Positions 51,114-60,974 of a stretch of DNA of 64,000 nt are shown here, in pieces. The notes under the pieces are model-generated. The model was given only the letters and a program-made list of their open reading frames with translations, was not told the DNA's origin and did no database searches. Positions within the stretch are counted from its first letter, which is position 1; each line of letters begins with the position of its first letter. The translations under genes were made by a program, and so were the position numbers. The DNA comes from an uncultured delta proteobacterium (GTDB taxonomy: Bacteria > Myxococcota_A > Polyangia > Fen-1088): positions 32,001 to 96,000 of the forward strand of contig CAVTRY010000013.1 in NCBI GenBank assembly GCA_963737265.1, given 5' to 3'.

Positions 51114-53213
51114 CTACCTCGGTGTCGCGTCGGGCAAGCCGCCGTCGACGGGGATGGTGGCGCCGGTGGTGGGGGTTTGGCGGGTGAGAAAGAAGAGCAC
51201 GGCGCGCGCCACGTGCTCGGCGGTGACGGGGGCTTTGAGCAAGTTGCGCGAACGGTAGTATTCTTCCAGGCCGCGTTCGTCGAGGCCGCGCGCCTTCATG
51301 CGGTTGGGGCCGACGGCGGCCCACAGCCCCGAGCGCTTTTCTCCATGCGAGAAAACGGCGTCGGGGGCGACCATGTTGACCCGCACGCCGAGCGGTGCGA
51401 ATTCAAGGCTGGCGATGCGCGCGAGCTGATGGGCGGCGGCTTTGGTGGCGCTGTAGGCGCCGAAGCCGGCACCGGGAGCGAACACGTTTTTCGTCGATAC
51501 CAGCACCACGTCGCCGCCCGTGCCTTGCACCGCGAAGTGGCGGCCCGCTTGGGCGAGCACGAGCAGCGCGCCTTCCACGTTGACGCTTTCGAGCTTGCGA
51601 AAGGCATCGAGGCTCAGCTCGGTGATGGGCGCCACGTGGGCGATGCCGGCGCTGACGATCACGCCGTCGATACCGCCCCAGGCGCGAATGACCTTGGCAT
51701 AGCCCGCGGCGACCGAGGCTGGCAGGGTCACGTCCATGGCGACGGCCATCACCCGCGACGGGTAGCGCCGGCCAAGCTCACTGACGAGCCCATCGAGCGC
51801 GGGTCCGGGAAGATCGGTCGCGGCCACGTGGCAACCTAGGGCGAGCAAGGCCTCGCAGATGCCCGAGCCAATGGCACCCGCGGCGCCAGTCACCAGGGTG
51901 ACGCTGCCACCGAGACTGTGCTCCCTGTCGCCGGGCTTTTCCTTGGTCTTGGCCAGTTGGTAGCCACGGAATTCCATGTCGAACAAATGCTCATCGTCGA
52001 GGGGAAGGTAGTCGGCGCCGCTTTCAAAAATGGCGGTCTTCACGCGCAGCCCTTGCAAGGTGATGTCGCGGATCATCGCCGCATCCGCAGCGTTGTGGCC
52101 GACGCACACCACGCCGAGTCCTGGAATCATGAGCACGCGAGGTGGAAAATCGCGGGGCTCGCTCGCGGCCGTCGTCGCGTGCGCTTCCACGTAGCCTTGA
52201 TATTCCGACTTGTAGGAAGCGACCGCCTTCACGAGCTGGTCCTTGAAGGCCTTCGTATCTTCGAGTGTCGCACCGTCGAGCCACAGCGGAAGCCGGCGCG
52301 TGCGGATGAGATAGTCTGGCGTCAGCGGCGCCGAAAGGGCCAGCTTCTTGCCCTCCGGGGCGTCGAGGAGTTGCACGATCTCGGGATCGAGCAAGGCCTC
52401 CAGGACAACTCGGTCGGCAAGATTGTCGGGCGTAGTCGGCCCCAGGGCGCCCCGAATGACCGGGGCGAGCTCGACGTATTTCTTTTCGCGCTCGGCAGCG
52501 GCCGCGGTCGGCGTCCCCAAGGTGCGAGCGCGCTCATTCCGCACGTAGGCTTCGGCGCGGCTGACAAGATCGATGGTCGCGTCGTATGCCGCGCGCGCCG
52601 TCGCACCCCAGGTCACAAGTCCGTGGTGCATCAGCACGATGGCGTGCGCGCCAGGAGCACGAGCCATGGTGTCGCGCACGGCATGAGCGAGATCCAGCCC
52701 GGCCCGCGCGTAGGCAACGATTCCAACTTCCTCGTCGAGTGCCGCAGCCACAGCCTCGGCGCCGCCGGTCCGATTGGTGAGGGCGAGGATCGCGCTCGGG
52801 TGCGTATGCACCACGAATTCGGCCGGAAGAACCGCATGAGCCAGGGTTTCCACCGAGGCTCGCCGCGCAGATGCGCGCAGGCCGTGGCAGGCAAATTCGC
52901 CTGCCATCGCTTCATCCGACAGCGCGGCGAGGTCGAGTAGCCGGGTCAGGTACGCGAGATCGAGGGCGACGAAATCGGCCGGCTCGATGGTCGCGAGATT
53001 GACTCCGGACGCCTTGATGAAGAGCGCGGATTGCTTTTCGCCGAGCACATTCGCCAGGGCACTCTTGCACGAGGTATTGCCGCCGCCGTGGAGGGCGAGG
53101 TCAGGCTCGGCGCCCAGCAATCGCGTGGTGTAGGTGAGAAGCGCCAGATCGCGCTCTACGCCTTGGTCGGCCGCCAAGGCCGCGGCGTCCGTCTCGGACC
53201 AACGGTTTTGCAT
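51114..53213 (-). CDS. Bifunctional class II aldolase / short-chain dehydrogenase (RhaD/YuxG-like)
   Basis: HGGGNTSCK, SVET.AH, HTH, HHGL; TGAAGAIG, YSATK. Confidence 0.9.
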   Translation of the reverse strand: MQNRWSETDAAALAADQGVERDLALLTYTTRLLGAEPDLALHGGGNTSCKSALANVLGEKQSALFIKASGVNLATIEPADFVALDLAYLTRLLDLAALSDEAMAGEFACHGLRASARRASVETLAHAVLPAEFVVHTHPSAILALTNRTGGAEAVAAALDEEVGIVAYARAGLDLAHAVRDTMARAPGAHAIVLMHHGLVTWGATARAAYDATIDLVSRAEAYVRNERARTLGTPTAAAAEREKKYVELAPVIRGALGPTTPDNLADRVVLEALLDPEIVQLLDAPEGKKLALSAPLTPDYLIRTRRLPLWLDGATLEDTKAFKDQLVKAVASYKSEYQGYVEAHATTAASEPRDFPPRVLMIPGLGVVCVGHNAADAAMIRDITLQGLRVKTAIFESGADYLPLDDEHLFDMEFRGYQLAKTKEKPGDREHSLGGSVTLVTGAAGAIGSGICEALLALGCHVAATDLPGPALDGLVSELGRRYPSRVMAVAMDVTLPASVAAGYAKVIRAWGGIDGVIVSAGIAHVAPITELSLDAFRKLESVNVEGALLVLAQAGRHFAVQGTGGDVVLVSTKNVFAPGAGFGAYSATKAAAHQLARIASLEFAPLGVRVNMVAPDAVFSHGEKRSGLWAAVGPNRMKARGLDERGLEEYYRSRNLLKAPVTAEHVARAVLFFLTRQTPTTGATIPVDGGLPDATPR

Positions 53214-53226
53214 GCGCGGTCGTCCG

Positions 53227-54111
53227 CTAACGCTTCTGGTTCTTGGTGGTGCGGTAGAGTTCGAGGGCGTGCTCCGGGCTCATGCCCTCGTGAACCACCT
53301 TGCGCACGGCTTGAATCATGGCGACGGGTGCTTCGGCCTGGAAAATGTTGCGTCCCATGTCGACGCCGGCCGCGCCTTGTGAGATAGCGGCGTGGGCCAT
53401 GCGCAGCGCTTCGAGCTCGGGCAGCTTCTTGCCGCCCGCGATGACGATGGGCACCGGGCAGGAGGCGGTCACAGTCTCGAAGTCCTCGGGCACGTAGTAG
53501 GTCTTCACGAATGCCGCACCCAGCTCGGCGCAGATGCGGCTGGCCAGGCGCATGTACTTCGCGTCGCGCGCCAGATCCTTGCCGACAGCGGTTACTGCCA
53601 GTACTGGAATGCCGTAGCGATTGCCCTCGTCCACCAGGCGGGTCATGTTGGCGACCGACTGAGATTCGAATTCGCCGCCGATGAAGACCTGCACCGCGAC
53701 CGCCGAGACGTTCATGCGGACGGCGTCCTCCATGCTGACGGCGATCTGTTCGTTGGAGAGCTCCTTCAAGATGCTGGGGCCGCCGCTGGCACGCATGACG
53801 ATGGCGTTGGGCGAGGCGGGCGGAATCACGCTGCGCAGGATTCCGCGCGTCAGCATCAAGGCGTCGGCGTATGGAGCCAGCGGCAAGATGGTGACGTCGA
53901 CGCGCTCGAGGCCGGTGGTGGGGCCCTGGAAATAGCCGTGGTCGAAGGCCAGCATCACGGCCTTGCCGGACTTCGGGTTGAAGATGCGGGCCAGCCGATT
54001 GTTCATGCCCCAGTCGTGCGCGTTCGAGCCCTTGAGGAAGAAGCTCTCGCTTTTCTGTGGGACGTCTACGTAGAATTCCTTGTCCGTCTTGGTGACGTCA
54101 GGTTCCGGCAT
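53227..54111 (-). CDS. lsrF: LsrF-type thiolase / class I aldolase
   Basis: [44 protein letters not shown]. Confidence 0.9.
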   Translation of the reverse strand: MPEPDVTKTDKEFYVDVPQKSESFFLKGSNAHDWGMNNRLARIFNPKSGKAVMLAFDHGYFQGPTTGLERVDVTILPLAPYADALMLTRGILRSVIPPASPNAIVMRASGGPSILKELSNEQIAVSMEDAVRMNVSAVAVQVFIGGEFESQSVANMTRLVDEGNRYGIPVLAVTAVGKDLARDAKYMRLASRICAELGAAFVKTYYVPEDFETVTASCPVPIVIAGGKKLPELEALRMAHAAISQGAAGVDMGRNIFQAEAPVAMIQAVRKVVHEGMSPEHALELYRTTKNQKR

Positions 54112-54229
54112 GGTCATCTCCTTGGCGCATTGAAACAGTCCGAGCGGGCGGCGAAAACGTAACACAAACGGCGCCCACCGATGCGGCGATTGCGATCGTC
54201 GCCCGTAGAGCACCGCGCTCAAGGTTTCG

Positions 54230-55042
54230 TTAGTTGTTCAATGCGCCATCGGCAATCCAGCCGACGATGGCAGCGATCTCGCTCGTGGTGAGTTTCGGCG
54301 TTTGGTATGGCATCGGATTTTTGAGACTCGCCGGCAGGGTCGCGCCCGACACTTTCTGATAGAGCACGCTGTGGTCCGGATCGCCGGGGATGACACGCGT
54401 GCCCCCAACCAGCGCGGCTATGTTGACCACCCCGCGCGTCGTATCGAAGGGATTGGCAAGGTTGGGCGGGTTCAGCGACTGGGCAGAGTGGCAATACGAA
54501 CACTGGCCTGCCTTAGCACCCACCGACACGCCGTCACCGAAGATGGGTGCGACGTTGGCTTGGTAGTCGGCATCGTTGTTGGCGCCGTTCTGAATCCAGG
54601 TCCGAATAGCGGCTAGCTCGGTGGACGTGACGAGCGACGTGTCGAGAGGCATGCTGGCGCCCTCGGTGTCGGGATTGAGGTCGGTGGCTTGGACCTTGTC
54701 GACGAGGAAGCTTTGCTCAGGGTGCTCCGGCTTGATCAGAATCGTATTGCGCGCAGAGGTCCAGTCCGTAGCTCGGTTGACCATGCCCGTGCTGGTGTCG
54801 AACGGGTTCTGCAGCTGGAACCCGATGGGCGTTCCTTGCCAGTGGCAATTTACGCACTTGGCTTCAAAAATGGGGAACACTGTGGCGAGATAGCCCGAGG
54901 CTCCCCCACCCGAGCCTCCCGCGCCCGAGCCTCCCGTGCCCGTGCCTCCCCCGCCCGTGCCGTTGCTGCCGCACGCAGCAACCCCCATGGCCAGGCAGAC
55001 CACGGCTGCGCAACCCAGAGTTCTTTCTTTTCCACCGTTCAT
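54230..55042 (-). CDS. Lipoprotein with two tandem cytochrome c domains
   Basis: VAAC lipobox; repeats PIF...CVNCH...PEQS...MP...WIQNGANN and PIF...CSYCH...PDHS...MP...WIADGALNN. Confidence 0.8.
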   Translation of the reverse strand: MNGGKERTLGCAAVVCLAMGVAACGSNGTGGGGTGTGGSGAGGSGGGASGYLATVFPIFEAKCVNCHWQGTPIGFQLQNPFDTSTGMVNRATDWTSARNTILIKPEHPEQSFLVDKVQATDLNPDTEGASMPLDTSLVTSTELAAIRTWIQNGANNDADYQANVAPIFGDGVSVGAKAGQCSYCHSAQSLNPPNLANPFDTTRGVVNIAALVGGTRVIPGDPDHSVLYQKVSGATLPASLKNPMPYQTPKLTTSEIAAIVGWIADGALNN

Positions 55043-55128
55043 TTCCGTTCTGATGCAGTCAACATCGAGAAAGGAGCGTGTTCCGGAGCAGATACGTCGC
55101 TGGCGCGCGGGCCGGTCGCTATCGACCG

Positions 55129-56466
55129 TCAAGATTCGCTGGAATCTTCGCCGGTGTCTTCGCCAGCCTGGCGGGGCAGGGGGTCACCACGCAGACGGCG
55201 AATGCGGCCGTCGCGGATTTCGATGGTGGTGAAGCGGAAGCCGGCCAACTCCACGCTGCGACCGGGGCGCAGCGGCGGCCCGAGGTGCGACTGCACGTAG
55301 GCGCCGAGCGTCTCGATGTCGGGCGGCATGGGCGGCAGCTCGACGCCGAGCTCTCGCTCCGCCACGTCGAGGGTCAGTCGCCCGTCGACCTCGAAGCGGC
55401 CTTCCGTCCCGCGCACGATGGGCTGGATTTCGCCCACATCCTGTTCGTCTTGAATTTCGCCCACGAATTCTTCCAACAAATCTTCGAGGGTCACCACGCC
55501 GACGAAGCGATTGCTTGCACCGAGCACGATGGACATGTGCACGCGTCGGCGCTGGAACTCGCGGCGCAGCCATTCGCTCGGGGTTTCCTCGGAGCAGTAG
55601 ATGGGTTCGCGCGCGAGCTCGCGCATGCGCTTGGGTTCCTGTCCCGAGGCCAGAGCGGCCATCATGTCTTTCATGTGAACGTAGCCGATGACCTTGTCGG
55701 TGCCAGGTTCGACCAGGGGATAGCGCGTGTACTGATTGGCCAACGCGATCTCGATGTTCTCGCGCCAGGTGCGGCCTTCCTCAAGAACCGAAACGTCGCG
55801 CCGCAAGGTCATCACGTGACGGGCGACTCGATGGGTGTAATCGAACACGCGGTCGATAAGCTTGCGTGCCCCAGGATCTAGCTCAACGTGTTGGAGAACC
55901 AGGCGGAGCTCGTCCGACGAATGCAGCATCTCGGCGCCGGAAGCGGGATGCAGCCGGAGCGTCCGCAGAAGGAGATTGGCCGCCGCGGTCAGAGCCCAAA
56001 CGAAGGGAAAGGTGATGAGCGAAAAAACGCGCAGGGGAGCCGCGGCCCACAGCGCGACGGGCTCCGCTTTTTGCAAGGCGATGGCCTTGGGCACGAGCTC
56101 ACCCAGCACCGCGTGCAAAAAGGTGATGACCGCGAAGCTGCAACCCAAGGCCAGCGACGTCGTGGCGGCTCCGGTCATGCGGCCGAGACTGGTCATGTAG
56201 GGATGAATGAGGTGCGCGAACGCGGGCTCGCCCACCCAGCCCAGCGCCAGCGAGGCGAGGGTGACGCCGAGCTGGTTGGCCGAAAGGTACTTGTCGAGAT
56301 GCCGGGTGACGCCGTAGAGAATCGCGGCGCGCCGCCCGCCGCCAGAGGCGAGCTCCTTCACCCGTGTCGGGCGAATTTTCACGATGGCGAACTCGGAGGC
56401 CACGAAGAAGGCGTTGGCCACGACCATCACGGCGGCCAGGAGCAAAGCTGTGCTCGGATTCAACAT
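55129..56466 (-). CDS. Hemolysin/CNNM-family protein (DUF21 + CBS + CorC)
   Basis: NAFFVASEFAIV, QLGVTLASL, GELVPK, YTRYP, LEDLLEEFVGEIQDE. Confidence 0.95.
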   Translation of the reverse strand: MLNPSTALLLAAVMVVANAFFVASEFAIVKIRPTRVKELASGGGRRAAILYGVTRHLDKYLSANQLGVTLASLALGWVGEPAFAHLIHPYMTSLGRMTGAATTSLALGCSFAVITFLHAVLGELVPKAIALQKAEPVALWAAAPLRVFSLITFPFVWALTAAANLLLRTLRLHPASGAEMLHSSDELRLVLQHVELDPGARKLIDRVFDYTHRVARHVMTLRRDVSVLEEGRTWRENIEIALANQYTRYPLVEPGTDKVIGYVHMKDMMAALASGQEPKRMRELAREPIYCSEETPSEWLRREFQRRRVHMSIVLGASNRFVGVVTLEDLLEEFVGEIQDEQDVGEIQPIVRGTEGRFEVDGRLTLDVAERELGVELPPMPPDIETLGAYVQSHLGPPLRPGRSVELAGFRFTTIEIRDGRIRRLRGDPLPRQAGEDTGEDSSES

Positions 56467-56532
56467 GCCCTAAGAGTACAGGCAGAAGGTGGGGATCGGC
56501 CAATCCGCCGCGCATTCGTGGTATCAAGGGGC

Positions 56533-57117
56533 ATGGGCGCATCCATCGGGAATGACCTTCGGACCCTCCCCAATATCATCACGTTGCTGCGGATCGTTCT
56601 CCTTTGGCTTGGCGCGCTGGTGTATTTCTATGTGTCCGCTGGCGCTGGCATCGCGCTCACGGTTGTCGCGGGAGTCACCGACTACCTCGACGGCTACATC
56701 GCCCGCCGATTGAAGCAGGTGACGCGTCTTGGCGAGATCCTCGATCAGTTTTGCGATCTTTGCTTCGAGGCATTCATAATCATCATCGCTACAACGCAGC
56801 GCTTTTTTCCTCCATACATCATTCTGCTTTATCTCTTCCGCGAGTTCTGGGTGCTGTGCTTGCGCCGCTTCATGGCGCAGGTACGAATGAACATTCCGAG
56901 CAGCCTGGCAGGCAAGGCCAAGACCAACCTCATCATGTGGAGTTTTCTGCCCACGTTTCTATCGCTCGCCAGGATCGTTCCTTCCTGGGAGCCCTATGTT
57001 GGCTACGCTGGGCTGGCCATGGTCGGCACCGGGCTGGCGGCGGGCTACTTCAGTGCGCTGGGTTACACGAAGGCGTTCGCGCTAGGCTATGCCGAAGCGA
57101 CGAGCAGGCTAGACTGA
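56533..57117 (+). CDS. CDP-alcohol phosphatidyltransferase
   Basis: PNIITLLR and DYLDGYIARR...LGEILD...D signature; GKAK. Confidence 0.9.
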   Translation: MGASIGNDLRTLPNIITLLRIVLLWLGALVYFYVSAGAGIALTVVAGVTDYLDGYIARRLKQVTRLGEILDQFCDLCFEAFIIIIATTQRFFPPYIILLYLFREFWVLCLRRFMAQVRMNIPSSLAGKAKTNLIMWSFLPTFLSLARIVPSWEPYVGYAGLAMVGTGLAAGYFSALGYTKAFALGYAEATSRLD

Positions 57118-57123
57118 GCGGCC

Positions 57124-59454
57124 ATGCGACGGTATGTCTCGGGCGCGCTGCCCTTGCTGTTCAGCCTGTGGCTGTCCTTTCAAGCTCGGGCGCAGAATCT
57201 GTCGCCTGTTCCCGCCTGCCCGGAAGGCAACCTGCTGGCTCACAAGATGCCGGTGACCTGGCAGGAAGTGCGTCGCGATCTCGGCTTGCTGACCGATGAG
57301 AGCGTCGCGCCCGAGGGCGCGATGTGGGATTCGCAACCTGCGGTCATCTTCGACACGGCCGCCGCGACGGTTACTTGGGATCTGGGCGCGGTCACCTTGC
57401 TGCGCTCGTTCGCCATTCAAGCGGACGCCAACGATACCTACACCGTGTGGGGCTCGCTCGACGGCAGGGATTTCAAGGTGCTAGGTCAGCTCGATCCGGT
57501 ATCCAACCACGGCCTGCGCATGCGCGTGCTCAACGTGGGCGGCATGCCGGCGCGCTTCGTGCGCGTCGGTGAAGGCGTCGGCGACAGCTTCTACTCGATT
57601 TCGGAAGTGGCGGCGTATTGCCAGGTGCCCACGCCGTTCCCACCCACTATGAAGGTCGTGGACGCGCCGGCCGCCACGGTTCCGCCCAAGCACCTGCTGG
57701 ACTACTGGGACAACGATACCAGCGCGCGTTGGCAACTGATTCTCGCCGGGCTTGGCCTCGCCTTCCTGTGGTGGGAACGCAAGCTGAGCGACACGGGCCG
57801 GGCGGCGGTGAAGCGGCGTCTGCGCACGGCCATCGTTGCAGTGATGGGAGTGTTGGCGTTTTTCACCTATTTCAACTTCGGTTCGTTCCACTTCCCCAAC
57901 TTCATTCACGGCTGGGACACCTTTCACTATTACATCGGGTCCAAGTACTTCAAAGAGCTGCGCTACGAGCGCCTTTACGAGTGCGTAGCCGTCGCCGACA
58001 GCGAGGAGCCGGGTCTGCGCCGCCGGGTCGAGCTGCGCAAGATGACCAATCTGCGCAACAACGTCGTGGAAACCACGGCGGATATTTTGGCCCACCCCGA
58101 TCGTTGCAAGCAGCACTTCACCGAGGCGCGCTGGCAATCACTCAAGCACGACCTGCGCTACTTCCGTACGCTGGAAAACGCGCGGCGCTGGGATGACGCC
58201 CAAACCGATCACGGCTACAACGGCACGCCGGTGTGGAATATCGCGGGCACGTTCCTGGCCAACCTTACGCCCGCGAGCAGGACGCAGATTCTGATCTTGG
58301 ACAGCATCGACGTCGGATTGGTGTTCTTGCTGTCGCTCATGATCTGGTGGGCGTTCGGCTGGCGGGTTCTCACCGTCGCGCTCATCGCCTTCGCGACAAA
58401 CTTCCCCTCGCGCTGGTACTGGACCGGCGGATCGCTTTTGCGCTGGGACTGGCTCTTTTGGATGACCGCCGCCGTCTGTCTACTCAAGAAGGAACGGTTC
58501 TTCTACGCTGGCATGGCGCTGGCGTATTCGACGTTGCTGCGTATTTTTCCAGGCTTCCTGTTCGTCGCGCCAGTGATGGCGGCAGTCTATCACTACATTA
58601 AGCACCGCGAGATCGAACGGCGGTTCCTGCGGTTCTTCGCGGGTGCGGCGGTCGCGGTGGCCGTTCTCGTTCCCCTTAGCGTGGTGGTTGCGGGAGGCGC
58701 CGATGCCTATCCGCAATTCGTGCGCAACACCGTCAAGCATTCGGAAACGCCGCTGACCAATTACATGGGACTGCGTACGGTGGTGAACTACCGGCCGTCC
58801 GAAGTTGGCCGCCTTCTGCGCAACGACCAGCTCGTCGATCCGTGGAAACCCTGGAAGGATGCCCGGCTCAAGAGCTTCCGCGAAGCGCGGCCGCTTTACT
58901 TCGCGATCATCATTGCCTATCTGGTGATTGTCGGCTTCGCCGTTCGCGGGGTCGATCCGTGGGTCGCCGCCGCCTTGTCGGCGACCTTGATTGCGTTCGG
59001 TGCGGAGCTGACTTGTTACTACTATTCGTTCATCCTGGTGGTCGCTCTGCTTTACGCCAAGCACGAGGTGGCCGGTCGATGGGTGCTGGGCGTAACGGCG
59101 TTCACTCAGTTCATTGGCTGGGCCCCTATTCAGGGGCTTCCGCCGTGGTTGGGAAGGATCCTACCAGCTTCGATCCGTGGTGCGGCGGGCATGAGAGACT
59201 TCGGCATGCCGACCGGGCTTGATGAACAGTACACCTGGATGGCGCTGGCATCGCTCTTCGGGTTTGTGATGATTGCCTGGACCATGATGGCGGCTCGCCG
59301 GGTCGCATTGGCCAATGCCGGCGATCTGGCACTAGGGGTCGCGGGCCTCGACGAGAGGGCCAAGGCCAACATCGAACCCAAGGAAGCGCAGCCAGTGTGG
59401 CGCGAGCGTCTCGAACGACGCGCGCACGGTGGGCGAAGAAAGAAGCGGAGGTAG
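57124..59454 (+). CDS. Polytopic GT-C (GT87-like) membrane protein with N-terminal discoidin-like domain
   Basis: Signal peptide; WDLG...ARFVRV...SISEV discoidin-like pattern; HYYIGSKY, DHGYNGTP, LLRIFP, multiple TMs. Confidence 0.65.
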   Translation: MRRYVSGALPLLFSLWLSFQARAQNLSPVPACPEGNLLAHKMPVTWQEVRRDLGLLTDESVAPEGAMWDSQPAVIFDTAAATVTWDLGAVTLLRSFAIQADANDTYTVWGSLDGRDFKVLGQLDPVSNHGLRMRVLNVGGMPARFVRVGEGVGDSFYSISEVAAYCQVPTPFPPTMKVVDAPAATVPPKHLLDYWDNDTSARWQLILAGLGLAFLWWERKLSDTGRAAVKRRLRTAIVAVMGVLAFFTYFNFGSFHFPNFIHGWDTFHYYIGSKYFKELRYERLYECVAVADSEEPGLRRRVELRKMTNLRNNVVETTADILAHPDRCKQHFTEARWQSLKHDLRYFRTLENARRWDDAQTDHGYNGTPVWNIAGTFLANLTPASRTQILILDSIDVGLVFLLSLMIWWAFGWRVLTVALIAFATNFPSRWYWTGGSLLRWDWLFWMTAAVCLLKKERFFYAGMALAYSTLLRIFPGFLFVAPVMAAVYHYIKHREIERRFLRFFAGAAVAVAVLVPLSVVVAGGADAYPQFVRNTVKHSETPLTNYMGLRTVVNYRPSEVGRLLRNDQLVDPWKPWKDARLKSFREARPLYFAIIIAYLVIVGFAVRGVDPWVAAALSATLIAFGAELTCYYYSFILVVALLYAKHEVAGRWVLGVTAFTQFIGWAPIQGLPPWLGRILPASIRGAAGMRDFGMPTGLDEQYTWMALASLFGFVMIAWTMMAARRVALANAGDLALGVAGLDERAKANIEPKEAQPVWRERLERRAHGGRRKKRR

Positions 59455-59486
59455 CGACGTCTGCACTTCGCAGCGAGGGAAATTGG

Positions 59487-59518
59487 CGGCGATGATTGCC
59501 CGGCGATGATTGCCCGGC
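59487..59518. repeat. 14-bp tandem duplication
   Basis: CGGCGATGATTGCC x2 in a convergent intergenic region. Confidence 0.8.
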
Positions 59519-59542
59519 CAATGCCGGGCGACCGCGAGCTAG

Positions 59543-59881
59543 CTAGCGCCGCTTCTTCTTGGCCGGCTTTTTGGCGACCTTCTTCTTGGTCGGCTTCTTG
59601 GCGACCTTCTTCTTGGCGACCTTGCCGACGGCCTTCTTGACGACCTTCTTCTTCCGCTTTTGGCCGCCGACGGCGCGCTTGGCACGAGACACATCGCCGT
59701 CCTTGTCGACGAAGTAGATGTAGTTGTTATCCATTTCGACACCGCCGTCGGCAACCTTTTCAGGCTTGCCCTTGGGCAGCCCCGGCTGTTTGCGACGGAC
59801 CTGCCATACGTCTCCGTCCTTCACATACAGCATGAAGTCCCTGCTGCGAGCTATCCCTAGCTTCTTGACTTTCTCGGCCAT
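59543..59881 (-). CDS. Small basic protein: tandem Cc1-like domain plus Lys/Ala/Pro-rich tail
   Basis: GGAG RBS, ATG 59881; two EKV...G...Y.V.(D)KDGDV repeats and a KKVAKK repeat tail. Confidence 0.85.
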   Translation of the reverse strand: MAEKVKKLGIARSRDFMLYVKDGDVWQVRRKQPGLPKGKPEKVADGGVEMDNNYIYFVDKDGDVSRAKRAVGGQKRKKKVVKKAVGKVAKKKVAKKPTKKKVAKKPAKKKRR

Positions 59882-59924
59882 TACTCCGCCCTCCGTCTGT
59901 GTTGTGGCGAAAGAGATTACTCGC

Positions 59925-59952
59925 ATGGTAGCCGGGGGCCTAGTACTGTCAA
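59925..59952 (-). promoter_or_regulatory. sigma70 promoter
   Basis: TTGACA-16-TACCAT on the minus strand upstream of the basic protein. Confidence 0.65.
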
Positions 59953-60071
59953 GCGGTTTCCGTCGACGATTCCAACCGACACCCGTCCGACCTCCGTCCG
60001 ACCAAAGCGCGGGCTTCGCCCGCAACCCAAGGCTTCAGGCTCTAGACTCCAGGCTTCCCCCAATTGACCAT

Positions 60072-60947
60072 CTATTTAGCCACCGCGACGTACACATGCT
60101 CGTCCGCCGCCTCGGGCTCCTCGGCGAGCAGGCGGCCGTCGAAGCCACCGAAGATTTCAGTGGGGCGGAAGCCGGCGAGCCTCAACATGCGTTCGACGTC
60201 GCTTGGCCATAATTGGCGGTGGCAAAGCCGAAGCACGCTCTCCTGACCGGCTGGCCGACCTTTCTCGTCGACCGGCTGATAATAGAGCCGCATGTGCAGA
60301 AGACGGCGATCGGCATCGAAGGTATGGTTGGTGGTGTAAACGAATCGCTGTCTTGTCGTCGGGTGGCGGAGCAAGGTGCGACCCCACCGACGGTTGGAAT
60401 CGCGTCCAAGCCACGCCGGATCGGGCGGAAGAACGTCGAACGCCAGCCAGGCGCCCCGAACCAGGCTGGCGCGGGTCCGGCGTAGAAAACGCACGAAATC
60501 TTCGTCCTCGGCAAGATGCTGGACGCTGTGGAAGGCCGCGATGGCCAGGGTTGCCTTGCGGCCAATCGCATAGTCGCGAATGTCCGCGCGCACCAGCGTG
60601 CAGCGTCGTCTGCGGGTGAGGGGCAGGCGCCCGATTCGGCGGGCCGCTGCCGCAAGCATCTCCGCCGAGCGGTCGAGTCCCACCACCTCGTGGCCGTCGC
60701 GGAGCAGGGGCACGAGAAGGCGTCCGCTGCCACAGGCGAGATCCAGAATCGGGCCCGCGGCGAACTCCATGCGGTTGCGGGCGAGGTGCCGGTAGAAGGT
60801 GACATCCGCCCGGCGGTGGCGGTACTCGTAGTCGTAGAGGTCGGCATCGACGAACGGCTCGCGGCTGCCCGCCTCGACATCGACGTCGACCTCCTTGCCG
60901 GCGCGCGAGAATTGGGCGCTCGAGAACGGATCCTGGCCCTTCGTCAT
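60072..60947 (-). CDS. Class I SAM-dependent methyltransferase
   Basis: ILDLACGSGRL, GLDRSAEML, ADIRD. Confidence 0.9.
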   Translation of the reverse strand: MTKGQDPFSSAQFSRAGKEVDVDVEAGSREPFVDADLYDYEYRHRRADVTFYRHLARNRMEFAAGPILDLACGSGRLLVPLLRDGHEVVGLDRSAEMLAAAARRIGRLPLTRRRRCTLVRADIRDYAIGRKATLAIAAFHSVQHLAEDEDFVRFLRRTRASLVRGAWLAFDVLPPDPAWLGRDSNRRWGRTLLRHPTTRQRFVYTTNHTFDADRRLLHMRLYYQPVDEKGRPAGQESVLRLCHRQLWPSDVERMLRLAGFRPTEIFGGFDGRLLAEEPEAADEHVYVAVAK

Positions 60948-60974
60948 GGGCGCGAGTATGCAATAACTTGGGTC

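Noticed and set aside
59487-59518. Two-copy tandem repeats here and at 63856-63886 as functional arrays
   Set aside because: Only two copies with no spacers; consistent with slippage duplications
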